A stretch of DNA of 64,000 bases from Octopus sinensis (GCF_006345805.1 NC_043002.1:61132001-61196000), one strand, 5' to 3'. Counted from the stretch's first letter, positions 12,361 to 24,767 are shown. Made by a program: numbers and translations. The notes: a model not told the origin generated them from the letters alone.

Positions 12361-12469
12361 TATGCACCATATTACATAGTATAAACAAGTCATTCTATTC
12401 ATATGATTCGATGTTGCTTAATTCCCGAATATTCCAGTGTACCAAGATGTTGAATTGATACACAAAGCA

Positions 12470-12625
12470 CAGACATGAGCGTGTGGTTCAGGGGCTTGCT
12501 TTACAACCATATGGTTTCGGTTTCAGTCCCAATAATGCGCGGCAGGTATGACAACTGTTCCCTAACTATAGCCTTGGATAGACCATCGCCTTGTGAGTGA
12601 AACTGTTGAAGGCCGTCGTATATAT
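12470..12625 (+). mobile_element. SINE family A head fragment (old)
   Basis: gtgtggtt...caaccatatggtttcggtttcagtccca...actatagcctt..gaccatcgccttgtgagtg, diverged from family A. Confidence 0.6.
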
Positions 12626-13160
12626 TTGAGTTTGTAGTGTCAACCACACCAAAACGAAACTCGAAGGTGAGAAGGCGTTAGGCTTATGCTAATTAGAATG
12701 TCAAAGTAATGGAATGTTGCAAACCCTTCTATATAAATAAAATTCACTGTTCGATAATTTCAGCTCACTTTTCAAAACATATTTTTGAATTCAGAAAATA
12801 GTGAAAATCGTGGAGCGGGATCGTCACTAGCAGTTCATGATATGCAATCCATTTCATATAAAAACCAATCAATTAATGATGAATAGGGAATGCTTTAAAA
12901 CAAAGGCCGAACATTTCAATAGCAGTAATTTTATAGCAATAAAGCAAATTTATCAATAAGGCAGAAGGATGTTTTAAATCTATTCGTGTGTCATACCAAA
13001 TAGGAAAAATTAAATACCAAGTTATACATAATTTGAAACACTTTTCTTTTTCTGCAACAGCGTCTTTAGGAAGATATTATAGGAGAAGAAAGTAAAATTT
13101 GTGAATTTCATAATGTATCCCGTTTTTTTTTTATTTGTATCGCGGGGAGATATTCTTTAA

Positions 13161-14233
13161 CCCTTTCGTTACTATATTTCTGACTAAAATACACCCCTCA
13201 TGAGTTTCAATTAAATTCTAAAATAATCATGAATCTAGGCTTGTTTCATTAAATAACTGTAACTTTTTTAATTATCAACATATTAATGTGATATTTGGAA
13301 CATAATTAAAGAAAGGGTTCTTAATCAATTCTATTGCATAACTTTTGTCTCAAAGTGACTTTAATTACAGGTAAATCCAAGTAAATTGAGCAAAAGATAA
13401 AAATATTAAAATTTTGTTTAGACATCACCATAGAAAATGAATCATCAGCTAATATTCAAATGGGTATGCAACAACAGTTTGATAAAGAAGAATTGTGCAC
13501 ATCACTATATCATCAGTTGAATTTAATGCGCAACAGGTGTACCATAAAGGTGGAATAAACTGAAATATTGGAATCCACTAAAGAAATCGGTCAAAAAATA
13601 ATATACGGCCCTAGTTATGGTATGGCAGTGATAAATTCCAGACCACATCGTTCCCTAGGCCATGCTGACTAACATTATTTTCCCTGTATAAAAACTAAAT
13701 CCACGCAGTACCCAGTATTTGCTTCACAAATTTTCCGAAATTTGAACCCCCATTTTGTGTTTGTTTACTTTCTGTGTAAGTTTGATCGCTTCAAACAATT
13801 GATCGCTTCAAACAATAACTTCCAGACCACATCATACCCTAAGCCATGCTGACTAACATTAGTTTCCCTGTATAAAAACTAAATCCACAACAGTACCCAG
13901 TATTTGCTTCACAAATTTTCCAATTCGGAATCAATGCTTGATAACATGAAATTCCTATCTATTTTCAAAGTTGAAGAAAAATCGATGCCGAAAAAAATGT
14001 GGAAAAAAATCTCCCAAAATTCGAGGAATTAAAATTACACGTCGATCCTTGTACAAAACTGTTGATGATCTGTTTACGAAGCATAATCACGTGTTTTCAC
14101 GAAAGTACTAAAGAGATTTGCTCTGATATTCTCATTTAAATATGAATAGGTAAATTCGGGCGGCTTTGGGCGGTTTGGTCACATTAACAAAAAAATTTTT
14201 CGGGCGGCTTTGGGCGGTTTCGTAACGAAAGGG
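13161..14233. mobile_element. piggyBac-like non-autonomous DNA transposon (about 1.07 kb)
   Basis: Perfect 12-bp TIR ccctttcgttac / gtaacgaaaggg, with TTAA at the left (13157-13160) and TTCA at the right. Subterminal direct repeat cgggcggctttgggcggttt occurs twice. Internal 100-bp direct repeat at 13636-13735 and 13820-13920. Confidence 0.75.
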
Positions 14234-14374
14234 TTCAAGTCGGGTAAAATCATCAACGGAAAATTAGGTGAGCAAGTTAATGTATATTACTATCATTTTC
14301 GAATCTATCACCGACGTTACAAAGTTTGAAATTACCGTGAATACATTCCAAGCGAAGTAATAATAGCTGCAGAT

Positions 14375-14557
14375 TTTGGCACCAGGCAAGCAGATTTTAG
14401 GGAGACCCAGTGCTTATTAAATCTTACTTAATTCAATGGTCCCTAAAGAATGAAAGTTAAAGTAATTTCGGCGAACTTTCAGTTCAGAATATAAGAAATC
14501 ATGCTAAGCATTTTCTCCGACTCAGTAATAGTCACTGCCTTCGCCAAGAAATAATAT

Positions 14558-14649
<92 letters not shown>

Positions 14650-14947
14650 GCGTTTGTGTGTATGTCTGTGTGTGTGTGTTTGTGTGTGTCTGTGTGAGTG
14701 TATGTATGTATGTATGTAGGAATGTATATAATATTCTTTTCTACTCTTGGAGCAAGGCCCGAAATTTTGGGAGAAGGGGACAGTCGATTTCATCGACCCT
14801 AGTACGCAACTGGTACTTAATTTATAGATCCCGAAAGGATGAAAGGCAAAGTTTACTTTGGCGGAATTTGAACTCAGGAAGTGGAGACAGACGAAATACA
14901 GGTAAGCATTTCGCCCGGCGTGCTAACGTTTCTACCAGTTCGCCGCC
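14375..14947 (-). mobile_element. Two SINE family B copies (degenerate 14375-14545; well preserved 14733-14947) separated by a microsatellite
   Basis: Reverse complement of the family B head and core. The second copy ends ...accagttcgccgcc. Confidence 0.8.
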
Positions 14948-16039
14948 TCATGTATATAATATTCAAATGGCGCAGTTTTAGCCACAGTTCCTAATCGCGA
15001 GCCAAGATATGGCACCGATATATGACCATTCTTTTATTTGCAACAAGTAGACGAACACAGAGCTCTGCTCAAAAGAATACAACGAAAAGATCTCAATGAT
15101 GTTACACCTCATGATTAGTTACTAAGTTATCAGATATTCAATGACAATAATACCAGTCAACTCCCCCCAGGCAATAATTTTAACTCTAAATTTCATACAC
15201 TTTGAGATTTATCAATTTTCTCAGCCAAGTCGTATCATTCAATTGTAATCTATCAAATTCTGTGCAGTTTTCAATCATCTCCCACTGCATCTCATGACAA
15301 GCCTTCCTCCTGCTTCTCTTCTTCTCCACACTGTGTTTCCATGTTGCGTCATTATTCATGTTTTCATTTCATTTTACTTTATAGTAATCTGCCACAAAAT
15401 TTTCCACAATATATGTTTAAAATAGTTTTAACTTGGCCGTGTCCTACAAACGATAAAACTATTTAGAAATCTACTTTATCGTTTTACTAATGAAATAAAT
15501 TTTCAAATTCTCTCTGTCTCTCTATCTCTCTGTGTTTTTTCTCTTTCATTCTATTTTGTTTATTTATTATAACTTTTATCTTAGGTTGTATAGAAATTCT
15601 CCTTCTTTAATCTTCAATACAAATAAAACTCGTTGTTTACACTTAAATTTATACTTTCTAATGGCATTTCAAGAAATTGTTTCCTAAAATGTAGTCAGAA
15701 AATTGAATTGCTTGTCTTATGCAGCAATTGAAGAATTCTACATAAAGACATGTTCTGCCTATAGTTTGGCTTAGCTTACATTTGTTTATATCAGCTTTGT
15801 CTAGATTAGATTATAACTTCCAATGTTGGCTTGTTTTATGAAGTTCTAACACGTTATACAAGATTTCAGTCATAAAGACTCCACTTCCTCCAACTTGGAT
15901 CCACCATCACAGAATTTTCGAACAAGCTGTTGAACAATTGTTATAAGTAAATTCCATTAGAAAATCTTTGAGAACGACGGAAAACTAAACAGAGTAGAGT
16001 ATGAAAAAGTATAGTAGAAAAAAACAAACAAATGCTGTT

Positions 16040-16480
16040 AATCCAGGTTCGTATCGTACCCTAGTCACTGAGTATTTCAGTCTCCCTTCGGCGATTATTT
16101 TCCGTCAACCACAGAAACCTGGAAAATAAATAATCCTTGTCTTAAATCTTCCCGTGCAATTCGCTTGTACGCTGAGCTGCAATATATCTTCAGCCCTCCC
16201 GATTTTGAGTACAGTTCCCTGAATCTTCTCAGATGACGTGAAATTACTTCAGATCTTGTTCAGACAATGTTTTCTTGGATCTCCTTCTTTCCGCCTGTCT
16301 TTCTGGTGGTAGCTATTGTATAACTGCCTGGGGTATTCATTCTTCTGACAGTAGAAAAACATAACATACAAGTTCTCAATTTTCTTTTAATCATACCTAT
16401 TGGAAGTTGCGTAGATCAGCACCTCTTGGATCTTCAGAACTTGTGATTCCATTCTGGTAAGAGATCATGAGGATCCTGCA
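16040..16480 (-). mobile_element. Degraded Tc1-like transposase N-terminal remnant
   Basis: Broken frames STVRR...RRSKKTLSEQDLK*FHVI*ED...RL resemble the Tc1 HTH/GRPR region. Many stops. Confidence 0.4.
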
Positions 16481-16549
16481 TCAATATGATTGATCAACTG
16501 CATTCAACATCTGAGTAACCTTAGCAATCATTTGGTAGAACAATGCCAC

Positions 16550-16867
16550 AATTACATTATTTACATTCAACGGATATTTGTCCTCATCTTGTTTGCTGTT
16601 AACACGTTTCGGTTGATATACTTTCCAACCTTCATCAGGTGTCTTGGGGGAAATTTCGAACCTGGGTTCTCATTCCTAAGGTATTTTTCGATGTTATAAA
16701 CAACAACAACGACGACGACGACAACGAAAATACCTTAGGAATGAGAACCCAGGTTCGAAATTTCCCCAAGTCACCTGATGAAGGCTGGAAGGTATATCAG
16801 ACGAAACGTTGTGTTAACAACAAACAAGATGAGGACTAATATCTGTGAAATGTAAAATAATGTAATT
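16550..16867. mobile_element. Inverted repeat (arms 16550-16690 and 16725-16867) of a Penelope-type terminal repeat
   Basis: The arms are reverse complements, separated by a short (CAA/CGA)n spacer. Each arm carries a hammerhead core. Confidence 0.85.
16772..16813 (+). ncRNA. Minimal type I hammerhead ribozyme (Penelope-type)
   Basis: cac-CTGATGA(16775-16781)-a-ggctg-loop-cagac-GAAA(16803-16806)-c-gt-t-gtg. Stem I is CAC/GTG, stem II has 4 of 5 pairs, stem III is palindromic ACGT, and the NUH triplet is GUU. Confidence 0.7.
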
Positions 16868-16974
16868 AATGTGCAGAATTCCACATCTCTTAAATACAGA
16901 ACTGTAATGACACAATTGACTAGAGATTATCATCTAACTTTTCTATTAATGATTAATTGAATAAAATGCATTTT

Positions 16975-17206
16975 TGTTTTCTTTTATTTGTTTCAGTCAT
17001 TTGACTGCAGCCATGCTGGAGCACCGCGTTTAGTTGAACAAATGGACCCCGGGACCCATTCTTTGTAAGCCTAGTACTTATTCTATCTGTTTCTTTTGTC
17101 GAATTGCTAAGTTACTCGGGTCGTAAGCACACCAACATTGGTTGTCAAGCGAAGGTGGAGGAGACAAGCACAAACACACAAACACACACAAATACACACC
17201 CACACA

Positions 17207-17250
<44 letters not shown>

Positions 17251-17405
17251 CGACAGGTTTCTTTCAGTTTCCTTACTCACAAGGACTTGGACGGCTCGAA
17301 GCTATACGAGAAGACACTTTCCCAAAGTACTTCGCAGATGGACTGAACCCGGAACCATCTGGTTGGTAACCACGCAGCTACTTACCACTCAGCCACTCAT
17401 GCGCC
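16975..17405 (-). mobile_element. SINE family A (head ggcgcaggagtggctgtgtggtaag), full length
   Basis: tRNA-like head with A box TGGCTGAGTGG and B box GGTTCAGTCC, central (AT)n/(GT)n, and tail gctccagcatggctgcagtcaaatgactgaaac. Confidence 0.9.
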
Positions 17406-17459
17406 TTTATATTCGAATTTTATGTAAAAGACTCACAATTTTTAATGGAACTAGCAACA

Positions 17460-17551
17460 GGCGTAGGAGTGGCTGTGTGGTAAGTTGCTTGCTTACCAAC
17501 AACATGATTCGTGAGTGGATTTGGTAGGTGGAAACTGAAAAAAGCCCGTCG

Positions 17552-17615
<64 letters not shown>

Positions 17616-17829
17616 GATTTTGCGTTTGTGTTTGTCCCCACAACATCACTTGACAACCGATTGTTGTGTGTTTACGCCCCCGTAACTTAGCGGTTCGGTA
17701 AAAGAGACCGATATAATAAGTACTAGTCTTACAAAGAATAAGTCATGGGGTCGATTTTCTCTCGACTAAATGCGGTGCTCCAACATGGCCACAATCAAAT
17801 GACTTAAACAAGTAAAGAAAAGAGAGTAA
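17460..17829 (+). mobile_element. SINE family A copy with an internal deletion removing the B box
   Basis: ggcgtaggagtggctgtgtggtaag...aacatgattc joins directly to gtgagtggatttgg. Tail intact. Confidence 0.9.
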
Positions 17830-18466
17830 CAGCTCTGAGGCTAGCGTAGTATGGTGGTTATCGTTTTGCGCTCACGAACGCAAGACCACCTCATGAATTC
17901 TCGTACAAAGTGATGCGTTGTAATGTTGAACAAAATATTCCATTTCTCCTTACTCGGCGATGACGTCGACATCTGACGACTGACCTAGCTTGCACTTGTA
18001 CAGAAAATGTCAATTTGTTGCAGCGTGTGAACCAATGTGCAGCAGAAAATTAATCACTATAAACAAATCATCTGTGCAGGTCTTTTTTAAGCAAGAAACT
18101 GCAAAACCTTCATTTCTCGTTTACGTCAGGGGAGCCCATTATCTTGCAGCCATAGTAGTTGTATTAGTAGGACAAATAGTATTAACAATATTAATATTAT
18201 GAAAAGAAACAACAAATTAAAACGTTGTTTCTATCCTTGTTATTTGTTTTCGTCAATGGTTTTAACTGATGGCTTAGCAACATTGACATGGAAGTGCATA
18301 AAAAGAGCTATTCTTTTCATGTATAATTATCCGTTCACCTTGTCACACACTTCTTAATCAAATAGTTAATTAATTATTTATTTATTTATTTTTGCAAATT
18401 AATTATCTCAGGTGTATCAAGCGCAACCAATACACGCAAATTGGAGCGAGTGAGATAGAGATAGAA

Positions 18467-18516
<50 letters not shown>

Positions 18517-18595
18517 TGATAGATAAATAGAGGGGGAGGGAGACAGAGAGAGTAGTGGGGAGATGGAGTAGAGATTGACTGTGGGAATAAATATC

Positions 18596-19180
18596 CTTTT
18601 CTACTCTAGGCACAAGGCCCGAAATTTTTTGAAGAGGGAGCCAGTCGATTAGATCGACCCCAGTACACAACTGGTATTCAATTTATCGACCCCGAAAGGA
18701 TGAAGGGCAAATTCGATCCCGAAAGTAATTTGAACTCAGAACGTAAAGACAGACGAAACACCTATTTCTTTACTATCCACAAGGCGCTAAACACAGAGAG
18801 GACAAACAAGGACAGGCAGACGGATTAAGTCGATTATATCGACCCCAGTGCGTAACTGATACTTAATTTATCGACCCCGAAAGTACGAAAGGCAAAATCG
18901 ACCATGGCGAAATTTGAACTCAGAACGTAGCGGCAGCCGAAATACTTATTTCTTTACTACCCACAAAGGGCTAAACACAGAGGAGACAAACAAGGACAGA
19001 CAGACGGATTAATCGATTATATCGACCCCAGTGCGTATCTGGTACTTAATTTACGGACTCCGAAAGGATGAAAGGCAAAGTCGACCATGGAGGAATTTGA
19101 ACTCAGAACGTAACGACAGACGAAATACCACTAAGCATTTCGCCCGGCTCGCTAGCGTTTCTGCCAGCTTGCCACCTTTT
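18596..19180 (-). mobile_element. Long SINE family B copy with about three internally reiterated units
   Basis: 13-bp TSD gggaataaatatc at 18583-18595 and 19181-19193. Core repeats with a period of about 180 bp. Confidence 0.9.
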
Positions 19181-19634
19181 GGGAATAAATATCATTGACA
19201 GAAAAAGGTTTTGGAAAGAGGCAGAAGGTTGATAGAGTGCGTATAAGGTATATGTTTATTTTTCAGTAAATATATATATTTTTTGTTTGTATCCGTTCTA
19301 CTTTGCTTTGATTAAGCAGAAGCAACTTTCAGAAATATTCTAGTTATGATCAATTCGTTTTCGGTGTTATTGAACCTCTCTGCTGCATTCACGAACGTCT
19401 TCTCCGTTTCCAAGATATTAGGGTATAATTTGCGAGTGAATAATCTGTTTTTATCTAAAAAAAAAAAAAATAACCAAAGACCTACGTAGGACATCGGTTT
19501 TCAGCATTTTCTTTGTCTTACACCGCTAGGAAAATTTAGATTCAGTTTTGCACCCCAAAGCTACAAGTGTATTACCACATAAGAAATAGAAAAGGTTAAT
19601 TTCTTAATAATTGCATATTTATAAAAAAATAACC

Positions 19635-20460
19635 ACAAATTCACGGTAGCGATCTGGCAGAATCGTGAGCAGACCGGACAAAGTGCGTAGCATAATTTCG
19701 TCCGTCTTTGAGGGCGGCGAGCTGGCAGAAACGTTAGCACGCCGGGCGAAATGCTTAGCGGTATTTCGTCTGCCGCTACGTTCTGAGTTCAAATTCCGCG
19801 GAGGTTGTCTTTGCCTTTCATCCTTTCGGGGTCGATTAAATAAGTACCAGTTACGCACTGGCGTCGATGTAATCGACTTAATCCGTTTGTCTTTCCTTGT
19901 TTGTTCTCTCTGTCTTTAGCCCCTTGTGGGTAGTAAAGAAATAGGTATTTCACCCGTCGCTACGTTCTGAGTTCAAATTCCGCCGTGGTCGACTTGCCTT
20001 TTATCATTTCGCGATCGATAAATCGGTTATCACTCTCCCCAAATCTTAGGCCTTGTCCCCCTAGTAGAAAGGATTATTTAGCCCGTCTTCACGCTTGGAG
20101 TTCAAATCCCACAGTTATTGACTTTGACATCCATTCGTGATCAAAATAATAAGTATCAGTTGAATCCTGGAGTCAATGCAATTGAAAAAGCTGGTGACCC
20201 TGTGCCTACATTTGAAACCAATATTTTCCGCACCTAATGAAGACAGCGAGCTGGCTGAAGCGTGATGTCGTCTGGCAAAACGCTTAGCGGCATTTCGTCC
20301 TTCTTCATGTTCGGAGTTCAAATCCCGCTGCGTTCCACTTTGCCTTTCATCCTTTCGAGGTCAATATAATAAAAACTACTCGATCACTGGTGTCGAGATA
20401 ATCGATTTATCTCTTCCCGAGGACTTCCTAACCGTGTATCAAAATTTGAAACCATTATAT
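19635..20460 (+). mobile_element. Cluster of SINE family B copies (partial head 19635-19710; 19713-20078; 20080-20225; 20240-20460)
   Basis: Repeated ggcggcgagctggc head, gagttcaaat B box and ctttcatcctttc core. Confidence 0.85.
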
Positions 20461-20768
20461 TCTTAACCACGCTCTGCTCTCTGGGTGAGCAAAGTGAACT
20501 CGGTATGAGAGCTTTTGACACACTGCATAAAACGCGGATATCAACTGGTAATTACGAAAAAACAAAAATGTAAACAGTGAAATCAATCGCAATTGTGAAC
20601 ATAAAATTCAATGGCTTCTTTGTTCTCGCTCCTCAGGTTTTTTAAAATGAAAATGTCGAAACTTTTGATCCAAAACTCTGCCTGTGGATTCAGGCAGTTC
20701 CTGGATTTTGTGTTGATTGACAAAAGAAAACTGAATCCAGATTGAAGACATACGCACAGAAACACACA

Positions 20769-20802
<34 letters not shown>

Positions 20803-21159
20803 ACACACACACACACACACACATACACACACACACACACACACACAATGCATTCACACATGCATACGATAGAATATCACAATTCTTCCATAGTAATTGA
20901 CAGTTGATGCTTTGTTTATATTCCCGTAGCCTAATTGTTCAGAAAAAGAGGCATATATAACATACGTCACATTTAATTAAATAAGTGCTGGAAACAATTT
21001 TTTTTAGCAAACCCTTCAAGGCAGTGCTCCAGCATGATCGGCTGAATTCCAATGACTAAAACAACTAGAATTTAACGATGAAACGTATAGAAGGAAATCA
21101 GTGTCACTGGTTATGAATATTACCAAAAAGACTTATACATGTTGTTCAAAACTTCTTTC

Positions 21160-21570
21160 CGCAGTGAATGTTTTCAAAACCCCGTCAACACCGAGTGATA
21201 TTGTTCAAATATTGTCTATCCATTTGTAGGCTAACCCACTGAAAGTGAAATTAATAACGCATACTTTCAGCCAGATGGAGCTACAGCGCATACTTCGTGC
21301 ATCACCATGGTGCTACTTTCGGCGAACGGATTATTTCGAAGGAAATTTGGCCTCCAAAATCACCTGATTTAACACCAGCAGGCATTTTTTTCCAGGGAGC
21401 AAATAAAAGTTCAGTGTAGAAGAATTGCCCGAAAACCATTAAGGAGCTAAAATATGCAATCATAACCTTCACACGGTCCACACTGCGTCTGACTCTCCAA
21501 GATGTATTTCAAAACATGTGTAGAAGAGTCAACTTATGTACTGAAAATGAAGGGCGACATTTTCAACACA
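21160..21570 (+). mobile_element. Tc1/mariner (maT/rosa-like) transposase C-terminal remnant
   Basis: FQPDGATAHT...FGERIISKEIWPPKSPDLTP...CPKTIKELKYAI, frameshifted. Confidence 0.85.
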
Positions 21571-21871
21571 TCTTATAAAGTCTTTGAATGTCTTGTAAAG
21601 TCTAATATATTCTTTTGTAGTCTTATACCATATTATAAATATTTATTTAGCAATAAAATACTTAATGCGGAGAGACGTTTTGAACACACCGTAGAAAATA
21701 TCTCAGGTAAGCATTCTACATATTAAATACTCACACGGTTGAGGTTACTCATAGTTAGGTGATAAATTTTCGTTAAATATTAATCATCTCTGCAGTTTTA
21801 TTACAAATTATCCCTCTAGTAATTATTATTTCAAGGTCATTCATTAATTCATCATTCAGTTCTATCGGCGT

Positions 21872-21922
<51 letters not shown>

Positions 21923-22084
21923 TATATATATATTCCATCCATTCGCGATCTTACTTGCAGTATACAGTGTGGCTAAACGAACGGAACTAGTGTCAGTTCA
22001 TTAGTGGACGAAGAGGTGAAAACTTATTAAATCATATTCTGGCTGATTCCACATTCATTCAATCTGTTCATCAATATATATATA

Positions 22085-22290
22085 TTGGGAGAGTTTAGGA
22101 AAAAAACCAAAAGACGAAGACAGGTGGTGTACAAAACAAACAGATGTATTAGTACAACGCTCAGGAATAGAAAAAAGTATTTTACGTTTCGAGCCTACGC
22201 TCTTCTACAGAAAGGGACACAGAAATAACCAAGGAGAGAAAAAAAAACGTGTAGTGGCTAACGATCTATCATGGCGACACATACGTAGAC
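22085..22290 (-). mobile_element. Penelope-type terminal-repeat fragment with hammerhead-like motif
   Basis: Minus strand ttt-CTGTAGA-a-GAGC-gtag-GCTC-GAAA-c-gt-a-aaa at 22181-22213. Paralogous to 6424-6600. Confidence 0.6.
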
Positions 22291-22897
22291 GCAGTTACAC
22301 ACACACACACGTATATTTAACTTTCATAACGTTATTCAGTACATTATAGAAACCTCCGCGCTGTATGTTCAAATCGAAATCTTTCTTTCAAGGGAGACGT
22401 GTAATATTATTCAATCATGCATCTTTCTCGCTTTCTCTATCTCACCCTCTACTAATCATTATTATTATTCACTCGATGTTGCAATTTTCAAATTCTCCGA
22501 ACTGCTGTCGCTAAACTTGATACAGATATCATATCATATCGGACTACTGCAGCCATTCTTATTATTACTCGTATATGAGAACTCTTAATTCCTGGAGAGC
22601 GGATAAACATATTTTTAAAGGGTGCACAGAACAAACAAGGCATTCTAAATTTTACCTCAGACTTATTTACGGATTTATATACTAATATAATCACTGAAAG
22701 AAGACAATGAGAAGACAGAAGTGTTAGCATGCCGGTCAAAATGTTTACCAACAATTCGTCCGTCTTTATATTCTGAATAAAAATTCCACTGAATCGATTT
22801 TGCTTTTCATCGATATCATTCCTAGGTGAGAACTGGAGTCCTTGTGATCGACTTAACCTTCATGCCAAAATTGCAGGCCTTGTGCTGGTTTTGGATC

Positions 22898-23318
22898 TTT
22901 TCGGTTTGAACGGCAGTTTTTCTAGTGGTGTCATATGAAATTGTCACCCATAATTATGACCCTAGTATCGATCTATTGCATTTCAATATTTTTTAGGGTT
23001 AGGGTTAGTTAGGGTTAGGGTTAGGGGTGGGGGAAAGGTATATTTTTTTTTCACAAATGTAAATAAACCCAATCTGTTTCTTAAACGAGGGACATATTCA
23101 TACGGCACATACTGTTTTTTTACCTCAATAGACGCCAGTGATTGGTTGAAATTGCAGAAATTGAAGAAAAAAAACAACAAATATCTTACAAACTATAGAA
23201 TTTTCTCAATAAAGCCGAGAGAAAAAGATGTTTTATAAACACATTCTACCAGTATACGAAATTAAAAATTTTTTAGTTAACTAGGAATTACGTTAAAAAC
23301 TGCCGTTCAAACCGAAAA
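22898..23318. mobile_element. TIR-bounded MITE with an internal TTAGGG-like tract
   Basis: Perfect 24-bp inverted repeat ttttcggtttgaacggcagttttt (22898-22921) and aaaaactgccgttcaaaccgaaaa (23295-23318). (TTAGGG)-like run at about 22993-23026. Confidence 0.85.
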
Positions 23319-24653
23319 AATACTTGTTTTTTTTTTAAATAATGGTTTAAAATGTATTTCAATATATTTCCAATAGTCGCGGAATTCTTGAAAAACGCGG
23401 TTTTTTTTCGTCACGGCTTATCGTTAGGTTATGCTTAATAGTGCACACACTAATTCTCCAATTTGCTTTGAAGTAGGTAAATATCACTAATTTATCCTGT
23501 CTCACGCGTGATGTTACGAAGTTACTGATTTTTGGAACGGAGATTGCCGGCAGAGATACGTATAAGGGTGAATGACCGTTAAGTGACTTGAAACGGTTGA
23601 CGAACTTCATTTTATTTTTATTTACACGAACAAATCAGATTAGGAGAAACAAATCGAGAAATGGAGGCGAAGAAAATATAATGTTCATAAGAGAATATAA
23701 GAGTGTATGATGGAAAGATAAGAACACAACAAAGGCAAGAAAAAAAGAGAAAATGATTTTGAGATTTTTTTGTAGAATAGTAAAAGGAATGGAAATTGAA
23801 ATTTACTGTATATATATTAACTTTGACAACATGTAAAATAATAATTATGTATATATGTATGTATGTATGGACACGTACACAGACATATATGTACATATAT
23901 ATATGTACATATATACGTATATATACGCTTACGCACACAGATTTTAGATACCATATACATATATATAAATGTATACACACACGCATACATATATATACAG
24001 AGAGAGAGACGTGCACATGTCTTAGCGCACATATACATACAAATATATATATATATATATAAATATGCATAATATACATACACGACACAAAGCACAGTTC
24101 TGTGAACATCAGATATCCATTGGTTAACTTGATTACGTATCTATTTCCTTCTTGTTACTTGGCTGGGAACAAGTTGATAAAAGTGAGTTCCTTGAATACG
24201 AGGATATGCTGTTAAGAAATATACCGCCAGGTGGCCTGAGAAAGCTTCAAAACTTGTTTTAATATCATTGAAGACATTATTGATTGAAATTAGTCTTAAA
24301 ACGTTCAGTAAATGAAGTTTAGGCAAAGTTACATGAGATCAAAGAAAGTAAGGTAGTGTAGCGTAGTGTTTTGAAATGATATGAAACATTAACTGGTAAG
24401 GAAGGCTACTTAAGTAAATACATTCTGAAGCCGTAACATAATTCCGTTGCAATAAATTGTAACTCTTCAATCTGAAAGCAATTATGTAACGTTCTCCTAG
24501 GTGATAAACGCTCGCGCTCACGCGCACGCACAAACGCAAACACACATATATAAACAGAAAAATGTATATGTATAATTATATTTATATACATAATTTATGA
24601 GTGCATATATATACACACATATATACATATATCTATATCTATCTACCTATCTA

Positions 24654-24767
<114 letters not shown>

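Noticed and set aside
18655-19130. Regularly spaced repeats (also 1259-2041 and 13636-13920) resembling a CRISPR array
   Set aside because: The units are long SINE or transposon-internal repeats without unique spacers, in a eukaryotic context with no cas genes.
20612-20745. Strong plus-strand acceptor (ttctttgttctcgctcctcag) followed by MKMSKLLIQ...
   Set aside because: All frames close within about 36 codons, there is no good donor and no recognisable homology.
22993-23026. TTAGGG repeats as a telomere or chromosome-fusion scar
   Set aside because: The tract is short and lies inside a TIR-bounded MITE.
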